Position numbers and translations under genes: made by a program. 64,000 nucleotides of DNA from Planctomycetota bacterium (lineage in GTDB: Bacteria; Planctomycetota; UBA1135; UBA2386), in the NCBI GenBank assembly GCA_965228735.1, contig OZ245838.1, positions 5,632,001 through 5,696,000 of the forward strand. The letters are read 5' to 3'. How positions within the stretch are numbered: the stretch's first letter is position 1; each line of letters begins with the position of its first letter. This document shows, piece after piece, positions 7,842 to 17,192 of this stretch. The notes below the pieces were generated by a model that made no database searches, was not told where the DNA came from, and worked only from the letters and a program-made list of their open reading frames with translations.

Positions 7842-9209
7842 ATGATGCGACTCTCCGCCGTTCTCTCCGTTCTCGTCCTCGCCGCCTCGCCGGCCGTCGC
7901 GCAGGAGTGGCGTCTCGAAACGCCCGTTGCGTCCCCGATCGACCGCGCGTCGCACAGCGTCGTCTGTGATGCGGCGCGCGACCGCCTCGTCATGTTCGGC
8001 GGCTACAACTGGAACCTCGACGTGCACTACGACGAGACGTGGGAGTACGACGGTGCGACGTGGGCACAGCGGCACCCTCTGAGCGCGCCGGCCCCGCGCA
8101 AGCGCGCCGGCATGTGCTACGACTCCCGGCGCGGGGTCGTCGCCCTCTTCGGCGGCCTGCGCGACAGCTTCTGGGGGCCGACGACCTGGTTCGGTGACAC
8201 GTGGGAGTACGACGGAACGAACTGGACGCAGGTCCCGGTCTCGGGTCCCGTGCCCTCGGCGCGCTACTGCGATCTGACGTTCGACTCGGCCCGCGGTGTC
8301 GCGGTCCTCGTCGGTGGCACCGGCCCGACCGGTCGTCAGTCCGACACGTGGGAGTTCGATGGGACGACGTGGACGCAGCGCCACACGCCGACGACGTTGC
8401 CGCTGCGGCCGAGCTGGGCGACCGCGTTCGATGCGCGCCGCGGCGTGGTCGTCGCGCACCCCGAGTACGTCTACGGCAATCTCGGTGCGTGGGAGACGTG
8501 GGAGTACGACGGCACCGACTGGTCGCTCGCGACGTTCACGCTGTCGCCGGGCGCGTGCCCGTCGCCGGCCATGACGTTCGATGCGCAGCGCGGCAAGGTC
8601 GTGCTCGTCGGCGGTGCCTTCGCCGGCGTGCCCGACACCTGGGAATACGATGGCGTCGATTGGCAGCGCAGCGGGGTGAATCAGCTGACGGATGGCCTGA
8701 CGGGGCAAGCCCTCGCGTTCGACGCGGGCACCGGCAGTGTCGTGCTCTTCGGCGGCGAGAAGATCCAGGGGATCTTCGTCGTCGGCACCAACGAGACGTT
8801 CCGCTACGGGACGTTCGCGGGGTTCGACGTGATCGGCACGAGCTGCGGTCCGAACCGGCCGGCGCCGTTGCCGGCTCTCGCGGCGCCGAACGAGACGCCG
8901 CAACTCGGGGGCACGTTCGACGCCGTCGTTGACGATCTCATGTCCGCGGACCTGCCGGTCCTCGTCCTCGGTTTCGCGACCGCGAACAACGGGCTCGCCA
9001 ACCTCGGTCTGCCGGGTTGCACGCAGCACGTGCGCGTCGATGCGACGCACTTCCTGGCATCGCAAGGAAACAGCGCATCGTGGCAGCTCACGGTGCCGGC
9101 GCAGCCGGTGCTGCAGGGGGTGCAGCTGTTCGCGCAGGTGCTCGTGCTCGACGGCAACGCGCAGCCCGCCGCCGTCACCAACGGCGCGCGCTTGACGATC
9201 GGGCTGTAG
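7842..9209 (+). CDS. Secreted kelch-like beta-propeller (TWE(Y/F)DG repeats) with the shared C-terminal domain
   Basis: Signal peptide ...AVA-Q; about six blades with five TWE(Y/F)DG.xW motifs; C-terminus IGTSC...PQLG...GLPGC...VPAQPVLQGVQLFAQVLVLD...TNGARLTIG. Confidence 0.9.
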   Translation: MMRLSAVLSVLVLAASPAVAQEWRLETPVASPIDRASHSVVCDAARDRLVMFGGYNWNLDVHYDETWEYDGATWAQRHPLSAPAPRKRAGMCYDSRRGVVALFGGLRDSFWGPTTWFGDTWEYDGTNWTQVPVSGPVPSARYCDLTFDSARGVAVLVGGTGPTGRQSDTWEFDGTTWTQRHTPTTLPLRPSWATAFDARRGVVVAHPEYVYGNLGAWETWEYDGTDWSLATFTLSPGACPSPAMTFDAQRGKVVLVGGAFAGVPDTWEYDGVDWQRSGVNQLTDGLTGQALAFDAGTGSVVLFGGEKIQGIFVVGTNETFRYGTFAGFDVIGTSCGPNRPAPLPALAAPNETPQLGGTFDAVVDDLMSADLPVLVLGFATANNGLANLGLPGCTQHVRVDATHFLASQGNSASWQLTVPAQPVLQGVQLFAQVLVLDGNAQPAAVTNGARLTIGL

Positions 9210-9214
9210 CCGAC

Positions 9215-11158
9215 CTACGGCTCGTTGCGGTTCACGAACAGGAAGTTGCCGAGCACGCCGCCGGTCCAGCCGAACAGGATGCTGGCACCGTCGGCGATGA
9301 TCTGCGGCGATGACTGCGAGTTCGTTCCGCTGCCGACGTTGACCGGCGTCGAGAACGTCTGGCCGGTGTCGGTCGAGACGACGTGCACGATGCGCCCCGC
9401 GTTGCTCGGCAGGTCGCCGCTCCGCCAGCCGGCGAACACGTAGCTGCCGTCGTGGTGGATCGTCGTGGTCCCCGCGACCGTCATGGTCGTGTCGTCGACC
9501 TGCGTCCGGGTCGGCAGCGAACCGGTCGCGGTGACGGCGGCGACCCAGACCGAATTGCCGTTCACGACGTAGGCCGCGAAGATCCGTTGCTCGTCACACG
9601 CGATCGACGGTGAGGTGACCGCGCCACCGCTGGCGTCCTGCAGCGTGATCGCCGGTGCCCAGCCCCCGCCGCCGTCCGTCGACGCGGCGTAGCGCAGCTG
9701 ACCGCCCTGCAGCCAGGCAGCGTGCACGTTGCGCCCGTCGCCGCCGCTCTGGAGCATCGGATCCTGCACCGCGACGCCGGGCGAGCTGCGCAGTCCGGGC
9801 ATGCTCCAGGTGACGCCCGCGTCCGTCGAACGCGCCGTGTAGGTGCCGAAGATGCCCGCGCCCTGACGGTCGTCGGTGAACGCGACCCACACGACCGCGC
9901 CCTCGCAGTCGATCGCTGGCGCGGACTGCTGCCCGCTGCCCGCGCCGCCGTCGACCGTCACCGGTGCGGCCCACGTCGCGCCGGCATCCGTCGAGCCCGC
10001 GACCGCGATCCTGCCCTGGGCGAGGCCGACGTCGCCGGCGCGCCATGCCGCGTAACGGCGATCGGCGCTCGCACTGATCTGCAGTTGCGCGGCGGGCGTG
10101 GCGCCCGCGGTCGGGTTGACGACGACCGCGGGGTCGAACGAACTGCCACCGTCACTGCTGCTGCGCGACTGCACCGACGTCCCGTCGCCGAGCCAGACGA
10201 CGGTCACGTTCGTGCCGGTCACGGCAACACGCGGTTCCGTCGGCGTCTCGGCGCCGCTCAGCGTCAGCGGCGCGCTCCAGGTAACACCCGCATCCGCGGA
10301 GCCGCGGTGGATGACCGCGCCGCCCTCGAGGAACACCGCGTGGATCGCCGAGCCGTCGCGCGCCAGGTGCAGCGCGGAGCCCGTCGCGGTGTCGAGCGGT
10401 GTGTCGCTGGTCTGGAAGATCGGCGGATTGCGATACGCGGTGAATTCCGAGCTCGGCAGAGCCGCGGTGCCGAACTGGTTCGCCGCCGTGATCGCGATCG
10501 GCCCAGCGGTGAGCCCAGTCGGGGTCTGGGTCGCGATGGTCGTGTCGTTCACGATCGTCGTGAACTGACCGAGCGTCCCCGCGAACCGAACGGTCGTCGC
10601 GGCCTGGCCGCCGAGCGAGAACGCGGTGCCCGAGATGGTGACGGGCTGCGACGCGTTGACGAACGCGCTGCTCGGTGTGACGCCCGTCAGCGTCGGCGTG
10701 CCGCTGCGCACGATGAGCAGGTCGACCGCGGACGCGTTCCCGGACGTGTCCTCGACGACGAGCACGATCGCGAGGCTCGCGGGTGCGGTCACGGTCGCGA
10801 AGTCGAGCTGGAACGTCGTGCCGATCGTCGGCCCGGGCGCCGTCATGCCGACCGACGCGGCAGTGCTGCCGGCACCGAGGATCGACCAGGACAGCGTGTC
10901 GCCCTCGGGGTCGCTGGCCGTGAACAGCAGGGAATCCGTGCCGGTCGTCGCCAGCGTCAGCGTGAAGCTCGCGCCGGTGCCGGCGAGCCCGATCGGCGGC
11001 GCGAGCGTCGGCGCCTGGTTGACTTCGGGCTCCGGGTCGCCGCCAGAACTGCTGCCGCCGCAGGCAGAAAGGGCCAACAGGGCCACCAGGCCGGCGACGA
11101 GTGGGGCCAGCCGGGCCGGTGCCGCCGGGGACGAGAGCGGGCAATACGCGCGAGACAT
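9215..11158 (-). CDS. Lipoprotein with IPT/TIG domain and BNR/Asp-box (sialidase-like) repeats
   Basis: Lipobox LSA-C-GGSSSGG; PTLTGVTPSS...VTISGTAF (IPT); repeated SxDxGxTW. Confidence 0.85.
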   Translation of the reverse strand: MSRAYCPLSSPAAPARLAPLVAGLVALLALSACGGSSSGGDPEPEVNQAPTLAPPIGLAGTGASFTLTLATTGTDSLLFTASDPEGDTLSWSILGAGSTAASVGMTAPGPTIGTTFQLDFATVTAPASLAIVLVVEDTSGNASAVDLLIVRSGTPTLTGVTPSSAFVNASQPVTISGTAFSLGGQAATTVRFAGTLGQFTTIVNDTTIATQTPTGLTAGPIAITAANQFGTAALPSSEFTAYRNPPIFQTSDTPLDTATGSALHLARDGSAIHAVFLEGGAVIHRGSADAGVTWSAPLTLSGAETPTEPRVAVTGTNVTVVWLGDGTSVQSRSSSDGGSSFDPAVVVNPTAGATPAAQLQISASADRRYAAWRAGDVGLAQGRIAVAGSTDAGATWAAPVTVDGGAGSGQQSAPAIDCEGAVVWVAFTDDRQGAGIFGTYTARSTDAGVTWSMPGLRSSPGVAVQDPMLQSGGDGRNVHAAWLQGGQLRYAASTDGGGGWAPAITLQDASGGAVTSPSIACDEQRIFAAYVVNGNSVWVAAVTATGSLPTRTQVDDTTMTVAGTTTIHHDGSYVFAGWRSGDLPSNAGRIVHVVSTDTGQTFSTPVNVGSGTNSQSSPQIIADGASILFGWTGGVLGNFLFVNRNEP

Positions 11159-11330
11159 CGGGGGCATGATAGCTCCGATCGGGCTGAGCGTTACCGCTCG
11201 ATGCGAACGGCCCGGCCGGTTTCGCGGATCGGCCATGGCACGGACCGGCCGGGCTCACCGCGCCCTGGCCGAGGGTTTTTGGAGATCCCCGCTGCGGGTT
11301 GCGCGCCGGTCTCGCGCATCGGCTGGCGAG

Positions 11331-12962
11331 ATGCAGACCAAAGATCGTAGTTCATGTTCTTCCCGCTGTCGGACCATCGCAGCGGTCCTCGGCGGCCTGG
11401 CCCTTGCCGCGTGCAGCGGCGGGGGCGGTGGCAGCGGCGGGGGCCCGGTCGGCCCCGGTCCGGGTCCTGGTCCGGGCGGCCGCACCGCCCAAACTGCGGT
11501 CTACCTCGCCGAGGACGGCCTGCGCGTGATGGCCGCGCCCGACGACGCCGGGCAGACGCCGGTCGCCCTCGGCGCGCCCGCGATGACGCGAGTCCGCCAG
11601 TTCACCGTGTCGCCCGACGGCGGTGCCGTCGCGTGGATCGCCGACGGTGACATGGTCGATCAGTACGACCTCTATGTGAGCGAGATCAGCAATCCGGCGG
11701 CGATCCGTGTGTCGATGCTGAGTTTCCCGGTGAACGACGTCGAGGACTTCCAGTGGGCGCCCGACAGCCAGAGCCTCGCGTTCCGCGCCGACGACATCAT
11801 CGACGATCGCTTCGACCTGTTCCGCGTGAACCGCGACGGCTCGGACCACTACCGCGTGTATCAGTCCGGCAGCGCGACGATCTTCGTCAAGAGCTACGGC
11901 TTCTCGCCGGACAGTGCTCACCTCTTCTGCACGATGCAGCAGACGCTGACGGAGTTCGAACTGCGGCTGCACCGCACGTCGACCGGCGGCGAAGGCGCGA
12001 CGTCGGTGCTGTTCGTCCAGCCCGGGCGCGAGATCCTCGATGTGACGTTCTCGCCCGACAGTCAGTGGATCACGATGCGCGCCGATCACCAGCGTGGCAA
12101 CGAACAGTTCCAGGTCTATCGCCGCCGGACGGACTTCACGACGGCGCTCCTGCTGTCGAACGGCAGCGTCGGTTCGTCGCAGAAGATCGAGAGCTACGCG
12201 TGGTCGCCCGACAGCCGCTGGCTGGCGCAGGAAGTGCGCGGTTATCCCAACAGCTCGGCGATCGGGGTCAACACGTACGACCTGTTCTCGAGCACGAGCC
12301 GGCGCGTCGCGAGCACGAGTGCGCTCGGCGACTTCGCCTGGGCGCCGGCCGCCGGCGGTAACAGGCTCGCGTTCGTCGCCGGCTACAACCCCGCGACCAA
12401 CTCGCCGGCCGGCACGGAGTACCTGCTCGTCCACGATCCCGTCGCCGACACGCTGACGATCGAGAACGCGGCGTTCAACAGCAGCGAGGAGATCCGGCGC
12501 GAACCGTTCGCATGGTCGCCCGACGGCACGCGCATCGCCTACGTGACGCGCGAGACGTTCAACGTCGAGAACACCTACATCGTCGAGGTCGGCGCCGGGC
12601 AGCCGGCGACGATGGCGATGGACCTGGCTCGGCTCGGCGTGCTGAGCCTCACGTGGTCGCCCGACGGCGAACGCCTGGCGGTGCTCGAACACGACAACAC
12701 GACCGCGTTCCACCCGGCCGAGTGGCACCTCGTCGACCGCATGGGCCGCTCGGTCTTCCGGTCGGGCTCGTTCAACAGCTACTTCACGAGCCAGTCGATC
12801 CGGTGGTCGACGGACAGCCAGCGCGCGGTCTACGCGGTGGACGCCGCGCAGGCCGGCCCAGATCGCCTGCGCAGCGTCGTCGCCGACGGCTCGGACGACG
12901 TGAGCCTCGCGAACGAAGCGACACTCGCATTCGACTACGCGAGCGCGGCGCTGCCGCGGTAG
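11331..12962 (+). CDS. Lipoprotein with TolB/PD40-like beta-propeller repeats
   Basis: Lipobox LAA-C-SGGGGG; repeated (W/F)SPD(G/S)..(I/L)A(F/Y). Confidence 0.85.
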   Translation: MQTKDRSSCSSRCRTIAAVLGGLALAACSGGGGGSGGGPVGPGPGPGPGGRTAQTAVYLAEDGLRVMAAPDDAGQTPVALGAPAMTRVRQFTVSPDGGAVAWIADGDMVDQYDLYVSEISNPAAIRVSMLSFPVNDVEDFQWAPDSQSLAFRADDIIDDRFDLFRVNRDGSDHYRVYQSGSATIFVKSYGFSPDSAHLFCTMQQTLTEFELRLHRTSTGGEGATSVLFVQPGREILDVTFSPDSQWITMRADHQRGNEQFQVYRRRTDFTTALLLSNGSVGSSQKIESYAWSPDSRWLAQEVRGYPNSSAIGVNTYDLFSSTSRRVASTSALGDFAWAPAAGGNRLAFVAGYNPATNSPAGTEYLLVHDPVADTLTIENAAFNSSEEIRREPFAWSPDGTRIAYVTRETFNVENTYIVEVGAGQPATMAMDLARLGVLSLTWSPDGERLAVLEHDNTTAFHPAEWHLVDRMGRSVFRSGSFNSYFTSQSIRWSTDSQRAVYAVDAAQAGPDRLRSVVADGSDDVSLANEATLAFDYASAALPR

Positions 12963-12988
12963 CCGCGGCGGCGCCCGTCGGCGGTCGG

Positions 12989-13336
12989 CTACTCCTCGTT
13001 CAGTCCTTCGAGGGTCGATGGCAGGTCGTGGGGCCGCGGTCGCTGCGCCGCCCCCCGCATGCCGATTATCCTGACCTTGCGGCGATCGTCGTCGATCGAG
13101 AACAGCAGGAGCTGGCTGCCCACCGCGAGTTCGCGAACCTCGTAGGCCCGATAGTTGTCTTCCGCAGCGAGGCGCGCTCGTCGGGGGAACCGTTCGAGAG
13201 AATGGAACGCGCGCCACACGCTTTCGAGCCAGCGCTCGGCATTGCGCGGCTGCTGCTGCTCGATCGCGATGTAGCGCGCCTGCTCGGCGATCGCCGCTCG
13301 CGCACTGGCGGTCAGCTCGACCGCGTATTCGCTCAT
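12989..13336 (-). CDS. Type II toxin, RelE/ParE superfamily
   Basis: Y.VELT.SA...I.....YIA.....NAERWL.......SLERFPRR...VREL.VG...LLFSID....VRII.MR; ATGA-coupled to the antitoxin. Confidence 0.9.
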   Translation of the reverse strand: MSEYAVELTASARAAIAEQARYIAIEQQQPRNAERWLESVWRAFHSLERFPRRARLAAEDNYRAYEVRELAVGSQLLLFSIDDDRRKVRIIGMRGAAQRPRPHDLPSTLEGLNEE

Positions 13337-13626
13337 CGTTTGAGTTTCAGGCCGAGTTCGTCGGCGATCTCGCGCAGCGCTGCCTTGGCCGGTTGCGTCC
13401 GGCCCTCCTGGATGTCCTTCATGCTGCGATCGAGGAGCGCCAGGCTGTCGAGGAGCTCGGCTTTGTCGGCGAGTGCGTCGTAGGCTTCCGGGCTCATGAC
13501 CACGGCATCCGTTTCGCCGTTCGTAGTGATGTAGAGCGGGCGGCCGGTCTCCCTGACCTGTTCGAAGTGATCGCGCAGGTGTTGGCGGTGTTCCGTGAAG
13601 CTGGTGATATCGGTGCTGCGGGCCAT
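13333..13626 (-). CDS. Type II antitoxin, Phd/YefM family
   Basis: ITSFTEHRQHL...FEQVRETGRPLYITTNGETDAVVMSPEAYD. Confidence 0.9.
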   Translation of the reverse strand: MARSTDITSFTEHRQHLRDHFEQVRETGRPLYITTNGETDAVVMSPEAYDALADKAELLDSLALLDRSMKDIQEGRTQPAKAALREIADELGLKLKR

Positions 13627-13645
13627 GTGTGGCTCTTCGGCTCTA

Positions 13646-13691
13646 TGTACAGGATTCTGTACAGAATGTCGCAAGCTTCTCGAGATGTCAA
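13646..13691 (-). promoter_or_regulatory. Sigma70-type promoter overlapped by a TGTACA operator pair
   Basis: Minus strand TTGACA (13691-13686)-N17-CATTCT (13668-13663); TGTACA at 13646-13651 and 13658-13663, the latter within palindrome attctgtacagaat. Confidence 0.8.
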
Positions 13692-13728
13692 GAAGCGGCT
13701 GGTTCGCGTGCTGTGCGAACGACCGAAC

Positions 13729-15117
13729 CTAGTTGCCGACGAACACGCATAGCGCGTTCGTAGTGCGCGCACCGAGCACGTTGGTGCCGGGCGTCAGCAG
13801 CAGGCCCTGCGCGAAGAACGTCGTGCCGAGCAGGCCCGGCGCGGCCGGGATCGCGAGGGCGGCCTGCGCGATACTGCCGGCGATCGCCGCCGCCAGCGTC
13901 GCGTCGGGACTCGCGAGCAGCGTGCACCCCGGCGCGCCGTAGCCGGCGAGTCCGAGTGGCAGGCTGCCGAAGCTCGACGTCGAATCGCTCAGGCCGAGCG
14001 TGATCGCCACGGCCTGCACGTCGGGCTGCAGGAAGTCGATCGCGAACTCCGCCGTGCTGCCGGGAACCGGCGCCGCTGCCTCCGTGAGCGATTCGACGCC
14101 GCAGCCGCTGCCGAACCGATCCATGCCGGCGCCGAGCATCCAGGTGTCGTCGCGTGCCGCCGTGTAGTCGGTGTAGCCGGCGTGCATCACGATGCGGCCG
14201 TGACGCGGGCTGAACAGCATGCCGAACTCGGCGCGCAGCCCCGTCGGGGCGAACGGTGCGGGCATCGTCACGTCGGTCCACGAGGTGCCGTCGAACTCCC
14301 ACGTGTCGTTGGGCGACTCCGCGTTGATGTCGAGTCCGGAGTGCAGCACGAGCACGTCGCGTTCGGGGTCGTGGGCGAGGCGGGTCTGGAACCGGCCGAT
14401 CGGCAACGGACCCGCGACCGGAACCTGGGTCCAGTTCGTGCCGTCCCACGCCCACAGTTCACTCGAAAGCGGACCCGGGCCCATGCCGCCGATCACGTAC
14501 GTCGCTCCGCGCGATGGCCAATACGCCATCCCGTGGTCGCGCCGATTGCCCGGCCCGCCGGTGCCGCGCGACAGCCAATCGACGCCGTCGTACTCCCAGA
14601 CCTCGTGGTTGTTCGCGAAGCTCATCCAGTCGCCGCCGCCGTGCAGCACGACGACCTTGCGCGCGCTGTCGTAGACCATGCGATGCCGGATCAGGCCCGG
14701 TCCGTCGAAGCCCGGCAGCTGCGTGCCGGGCAACGTCGCGGTCGGCACGAGCTGCCACGTGGTGCCGTTGAACTCCCACGTTTCCGCATACACGGTCGTC
14801 GAGTACGACCCGCCGAAGCCGACGATCACGCTGCGATCCTCGTCGAACACGAGCTCCATGCCCTGGCGCACTGATGGCGAGTTGGTCGGGTGGATCTCGT
14901 TCCACGTGTCCGTGAAGAGCCACGTGTCGCCGAGGTAGGCGCCGCTCTCGTAGCCGCCGTAGCGCACGATGCCGTTCAGCTCGGGGTGGAACGCCATGGT
15001 CGCGCCGCGCGATGGCCGCGGCGGGGTGACCGTGGACTCGAGCCATTGAGCCGGCAGTGCAGCCGGGCTGGCGATGGCGGCGGCGAGCGCCGAGAGAGCG
15101 AGCAGGGAGCGGGTCAT
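13729..15117 (-). CDS. Secreted kelch-like beta-propeller with the shared C-terminal domain
   Basis: Signal peptide ...LPA-Q; WE(F/Y)(D/N)G repeats; C-terminus FGSGC...YGAPGCTLLAS...IPAAPGLLGTTFFAQGLLLTPGTNVLGARTTNA. Confidence 0.9.
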   Translation of the reverse strand: MTRSLLALSALAAAIASPAALPAQWLESTVTPPRPSRGATMAFHPELNGIVRYGGYESGAYLGDTWLFTDTWNEIHPTNSPSVRQGMELVFDEDRSVIVGFGGSYSTTVYAETWEFNGTTWQLVPTATLPGTQLPGFDGPGLIRHRMVYDSARKVVVLHGGGDWMSFANNHEVWEYDGVDWLSRGTGGPGNRRDHGMAYWPSRGATYVIGGMGPGPLSSELWAWDGTNWTQVPVAGPLPIGRFQTRLAHDPERDVLVLHSGLDINAESPNDTWEFDGTSWTDVTMPAPFAPTGLRAEFGMLFSPRHGRIVMHAGYTDYTAARDDTWMLGAGMDRFGSGCGVESLTEAAAPVPGSTAEFAIDFLQPDVQAVAITLGLSDSTSSFGSLPLGLAGYGAPGCTLLASPDATLAAAIAGSIAQAALAIPAAPGLLGTTFFAQGLLLTPGTNVLGARTTNALCVFVGN

Positions 15118-15168
15118 CGTGCCTGCGGGAGCGCTGTTGCGCTCCGCCGGCGGACTCGAAATCCGCCG

Positions 15169-15726
15169 TCACTTTCGCTTGCCGAAGAGCTGGGCATCCC
15201 GGGTGGGGGACAGGGCGCGGTGGTGCTTGACGTCGGACCGGGTGTAGATCGCGTCTGGATCCGCGGCCTCGATCGCCCGCAGGAGCCGCGGCAGCCGCCG
15301 GCGTTCCTCCACGACGAGCAGCACCTCGACCGGCGTGCCGTGATCATCGTGTCCGTCCAGCTCGGTGACCGAGAAGCCGTCTTCACGGAGACGCGTCGCG
15401 AGCGCGACGTCCGGGCTCTTGGAAACGGCGCGCACCAGCTCCATGCCGAGCGCGAGCTTCGACTCGAGCCAGATCCCGACGTAGTTGCCCGTGGCGAACC
15501 CGGCCGCGTAGGCGACCGCCACGTACCAGGCGGAGAGGTCGCGCAGCACCGCCCCCGCCGCGAGAATCCAGAGCAGGACCTCGACGAAACCGATCAGTGC
15601 GGCCGCCGCGCGATAGGCTCGGAAGACCAGGATGACGCGGAGGGTGCCGAGCGAGACGTCGACGACGCGAGCGCAGAAGACCGCGACGCTCAACAGGACG
15701 GGGTGGTCGGCCAGGAAGTCCATCAT
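15169..15726 (-). CDS. UPF0316/DUF2179-family membrane protein
   Basis: ARVVDVSLGTLR, GFVEVLLW, YAAGFATGNYVG, LR..GFSVT..DG, DPDA. Confidence 0.9.
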   Translation of the reverse strand: MMDFLADHPVLLSVAVFCARVVDVSLGTLRVILVFRAYRAAAALIGFVEVLLWILAAGAVLRDLSAWYVAVAYAAGFATGNYVGIWLESKLALGMELVRAVSKSPDVALATRLREDGFSVTELDGHDDHGTPVEVLLVVEERRRLPRLLRAIEAADPDAIYTRSDVKHHRALSPTRDAQLFGKRK

Positions 15727-15760
15727 GGGCAGGGATCGCGGCGTCGATGCCGTGGAGGCC

Positions 15761-17080
15761 TCAGATCAGCAGGTCCTGGAGCATCACGGCGAATCCGAGG
15801 AACGCGAAGAAGCCGACGACGTCGGTCACCGTCGTGAGCACGATGCTGGACGACTGGGCCGGATCGAGGCCGAACTTCTTCATGGCGATCGGGATCATGG
15901 CGCCGGAGAAACCGGCGGCCGTCAAATTCACGATCATCGCCAGGCCGATGACGAGGCCCAGATACGGATTGCCGTTCCACGCCCAGGCGACTCCGGCCGT
16001 GACGAGCCCGATCGCGACGCCGTTGACCGCCCCGATGATGCTCTCCTTGGCGAGGAGTGCGCGAACGCGCTGCGCGGGGATCTCCTTCATGACCAACCCC
16101 CGCATCACGACCGCCAGCGACTGGGCGCCCGCATTGCCGCCCTGCCCCGCGACGACCGGCAGGTAGACCGCGAGAACCGTGATGCGCGCGATCACGTCCT
16201 CGAACAGCGCGACGACCGATGCGGCGAGGAACGCGGTGACGAGATTGACGTGCAGCCACGGCAGGCGCTTCTGCAGGCAGAACATCAACGGTGAGAACGC
16301 GCGCTCGTCACGCCCGACGCCGAACAGCTTCTGCAGGTTCTGGGATGCCGTCTCCTGAGCCTCGGCGAGGAGTTGGGTCGCGCGGACCACGCCGATCAGA
16401 TGTCCCTGGGCGTCGACCACCGGCAGGGTCGTGAAGCCGCGTCCCGAGAGGGTCTGGAACGCTGTCGCGGCCTCGTCGAACGGACCGACGCTGACCACGT
16501 TCGTGGCCATGATCTCCTGCAGTGCGCTCTCACCGTCGGCGAGGAGCAGATCGCGCATCGGCACCACGCCGAGCAGCCGTCGGTCCGCATCGATCACGAA
16601 GACGTTCGAGTACGAGCGGTGCGTTTCGGCGCGCTTCCTCAGTCGGGCCACCACCTCGTCGATCGACAGGCTCTGCTCGAATGCCACGTAGTCGGTCTTC
16701 ATCGCCCGACCGACGCTCTCCTTGGGGAACGCGAGGTAGTCGCGCAATCCCTCCTGCAGATCCTCTGGCAGCGCGCGCAAGAACTCTTCGCGCTCCTGCT
16801 CCGCGAGATCCAGGAGGACGGATGCGCAGACCTCCGGCCCGCCGTTCTGGAGCACGCGAGCCACACGTTCCGGCGGCGCGGCGCCGACCAGGGCAGCGAG
16901 GGCCGATGGGTTGATGTGGGGCAGGAGCTTGTGCAGCGGCTGCGGCGGCAGGGCTTCGAGGACCTCGAGGATCTGCTCCTGGGGCTGTTGCTCCAGGGCC
17001 TGCGCCCCGGCAACGGGGTACTGGGAGCAGAATCGGATGGCCAGGTCCAGCGGAGTGTCGTGGCGGGCGGTTGCGGTCAT
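15761..17080 (-). CDS. mgtE: Magnesium transporter MgtE
   Basis: Helical N-domain, CBS pair, KRLPWL..NL.TAF, PVVAGQGGNAGAQS, GLDPA...TTVTDVVGF. Confidence 0.95.
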   Translation of the reverse strand: MTATARHDTPLDLAIRFCSQYPVAGAQALEQQPQEQILEVLEALPPQPLHKLLPHINPSALAALVGAAPPERVARVLQNGGPEVCASVLLDLAEQEREEFLRALPEDLQEGLRDYLAFPKESVGRAMKTDYVAFEQSLSIDEVVARLRKRAETHRSYSNVFVIDADRRLLGVVPMRDLLLADGESALQEIMATNVVSVGPFDEAATAFQTLSGRGFTTLPVVDAQGHLIGVVRATQLLAEAQETASQNLQKLFGVGRDERAFSPLMFCLQKRLPWLHVNLVTAFLAASVVALFEDVIARITVLAVYLPVVAGQGGNAGAQSLAVVMRGLVMKEIPAQRVRALLAKESIIGAVNGVAIGLVTAGVAWAWNGNPYLGLVIGLAMIVNLTAAGFSGAMIPIAMKKFGLDPAQSSSIVLTTVTDVVGFFAFLGFAVMLQDLLI

Positions 17081-17192
17081 CGTGTCTCCAGGGGCTCGCC
17101 GCGTGGCGGATGATGCCGGCAAGCCTTCCCCTTCGACGGCCGCTTTCAAGAACGAGCCGTCTCGTGGCGTCCACCGCTGCCGCCCGTCGCGC

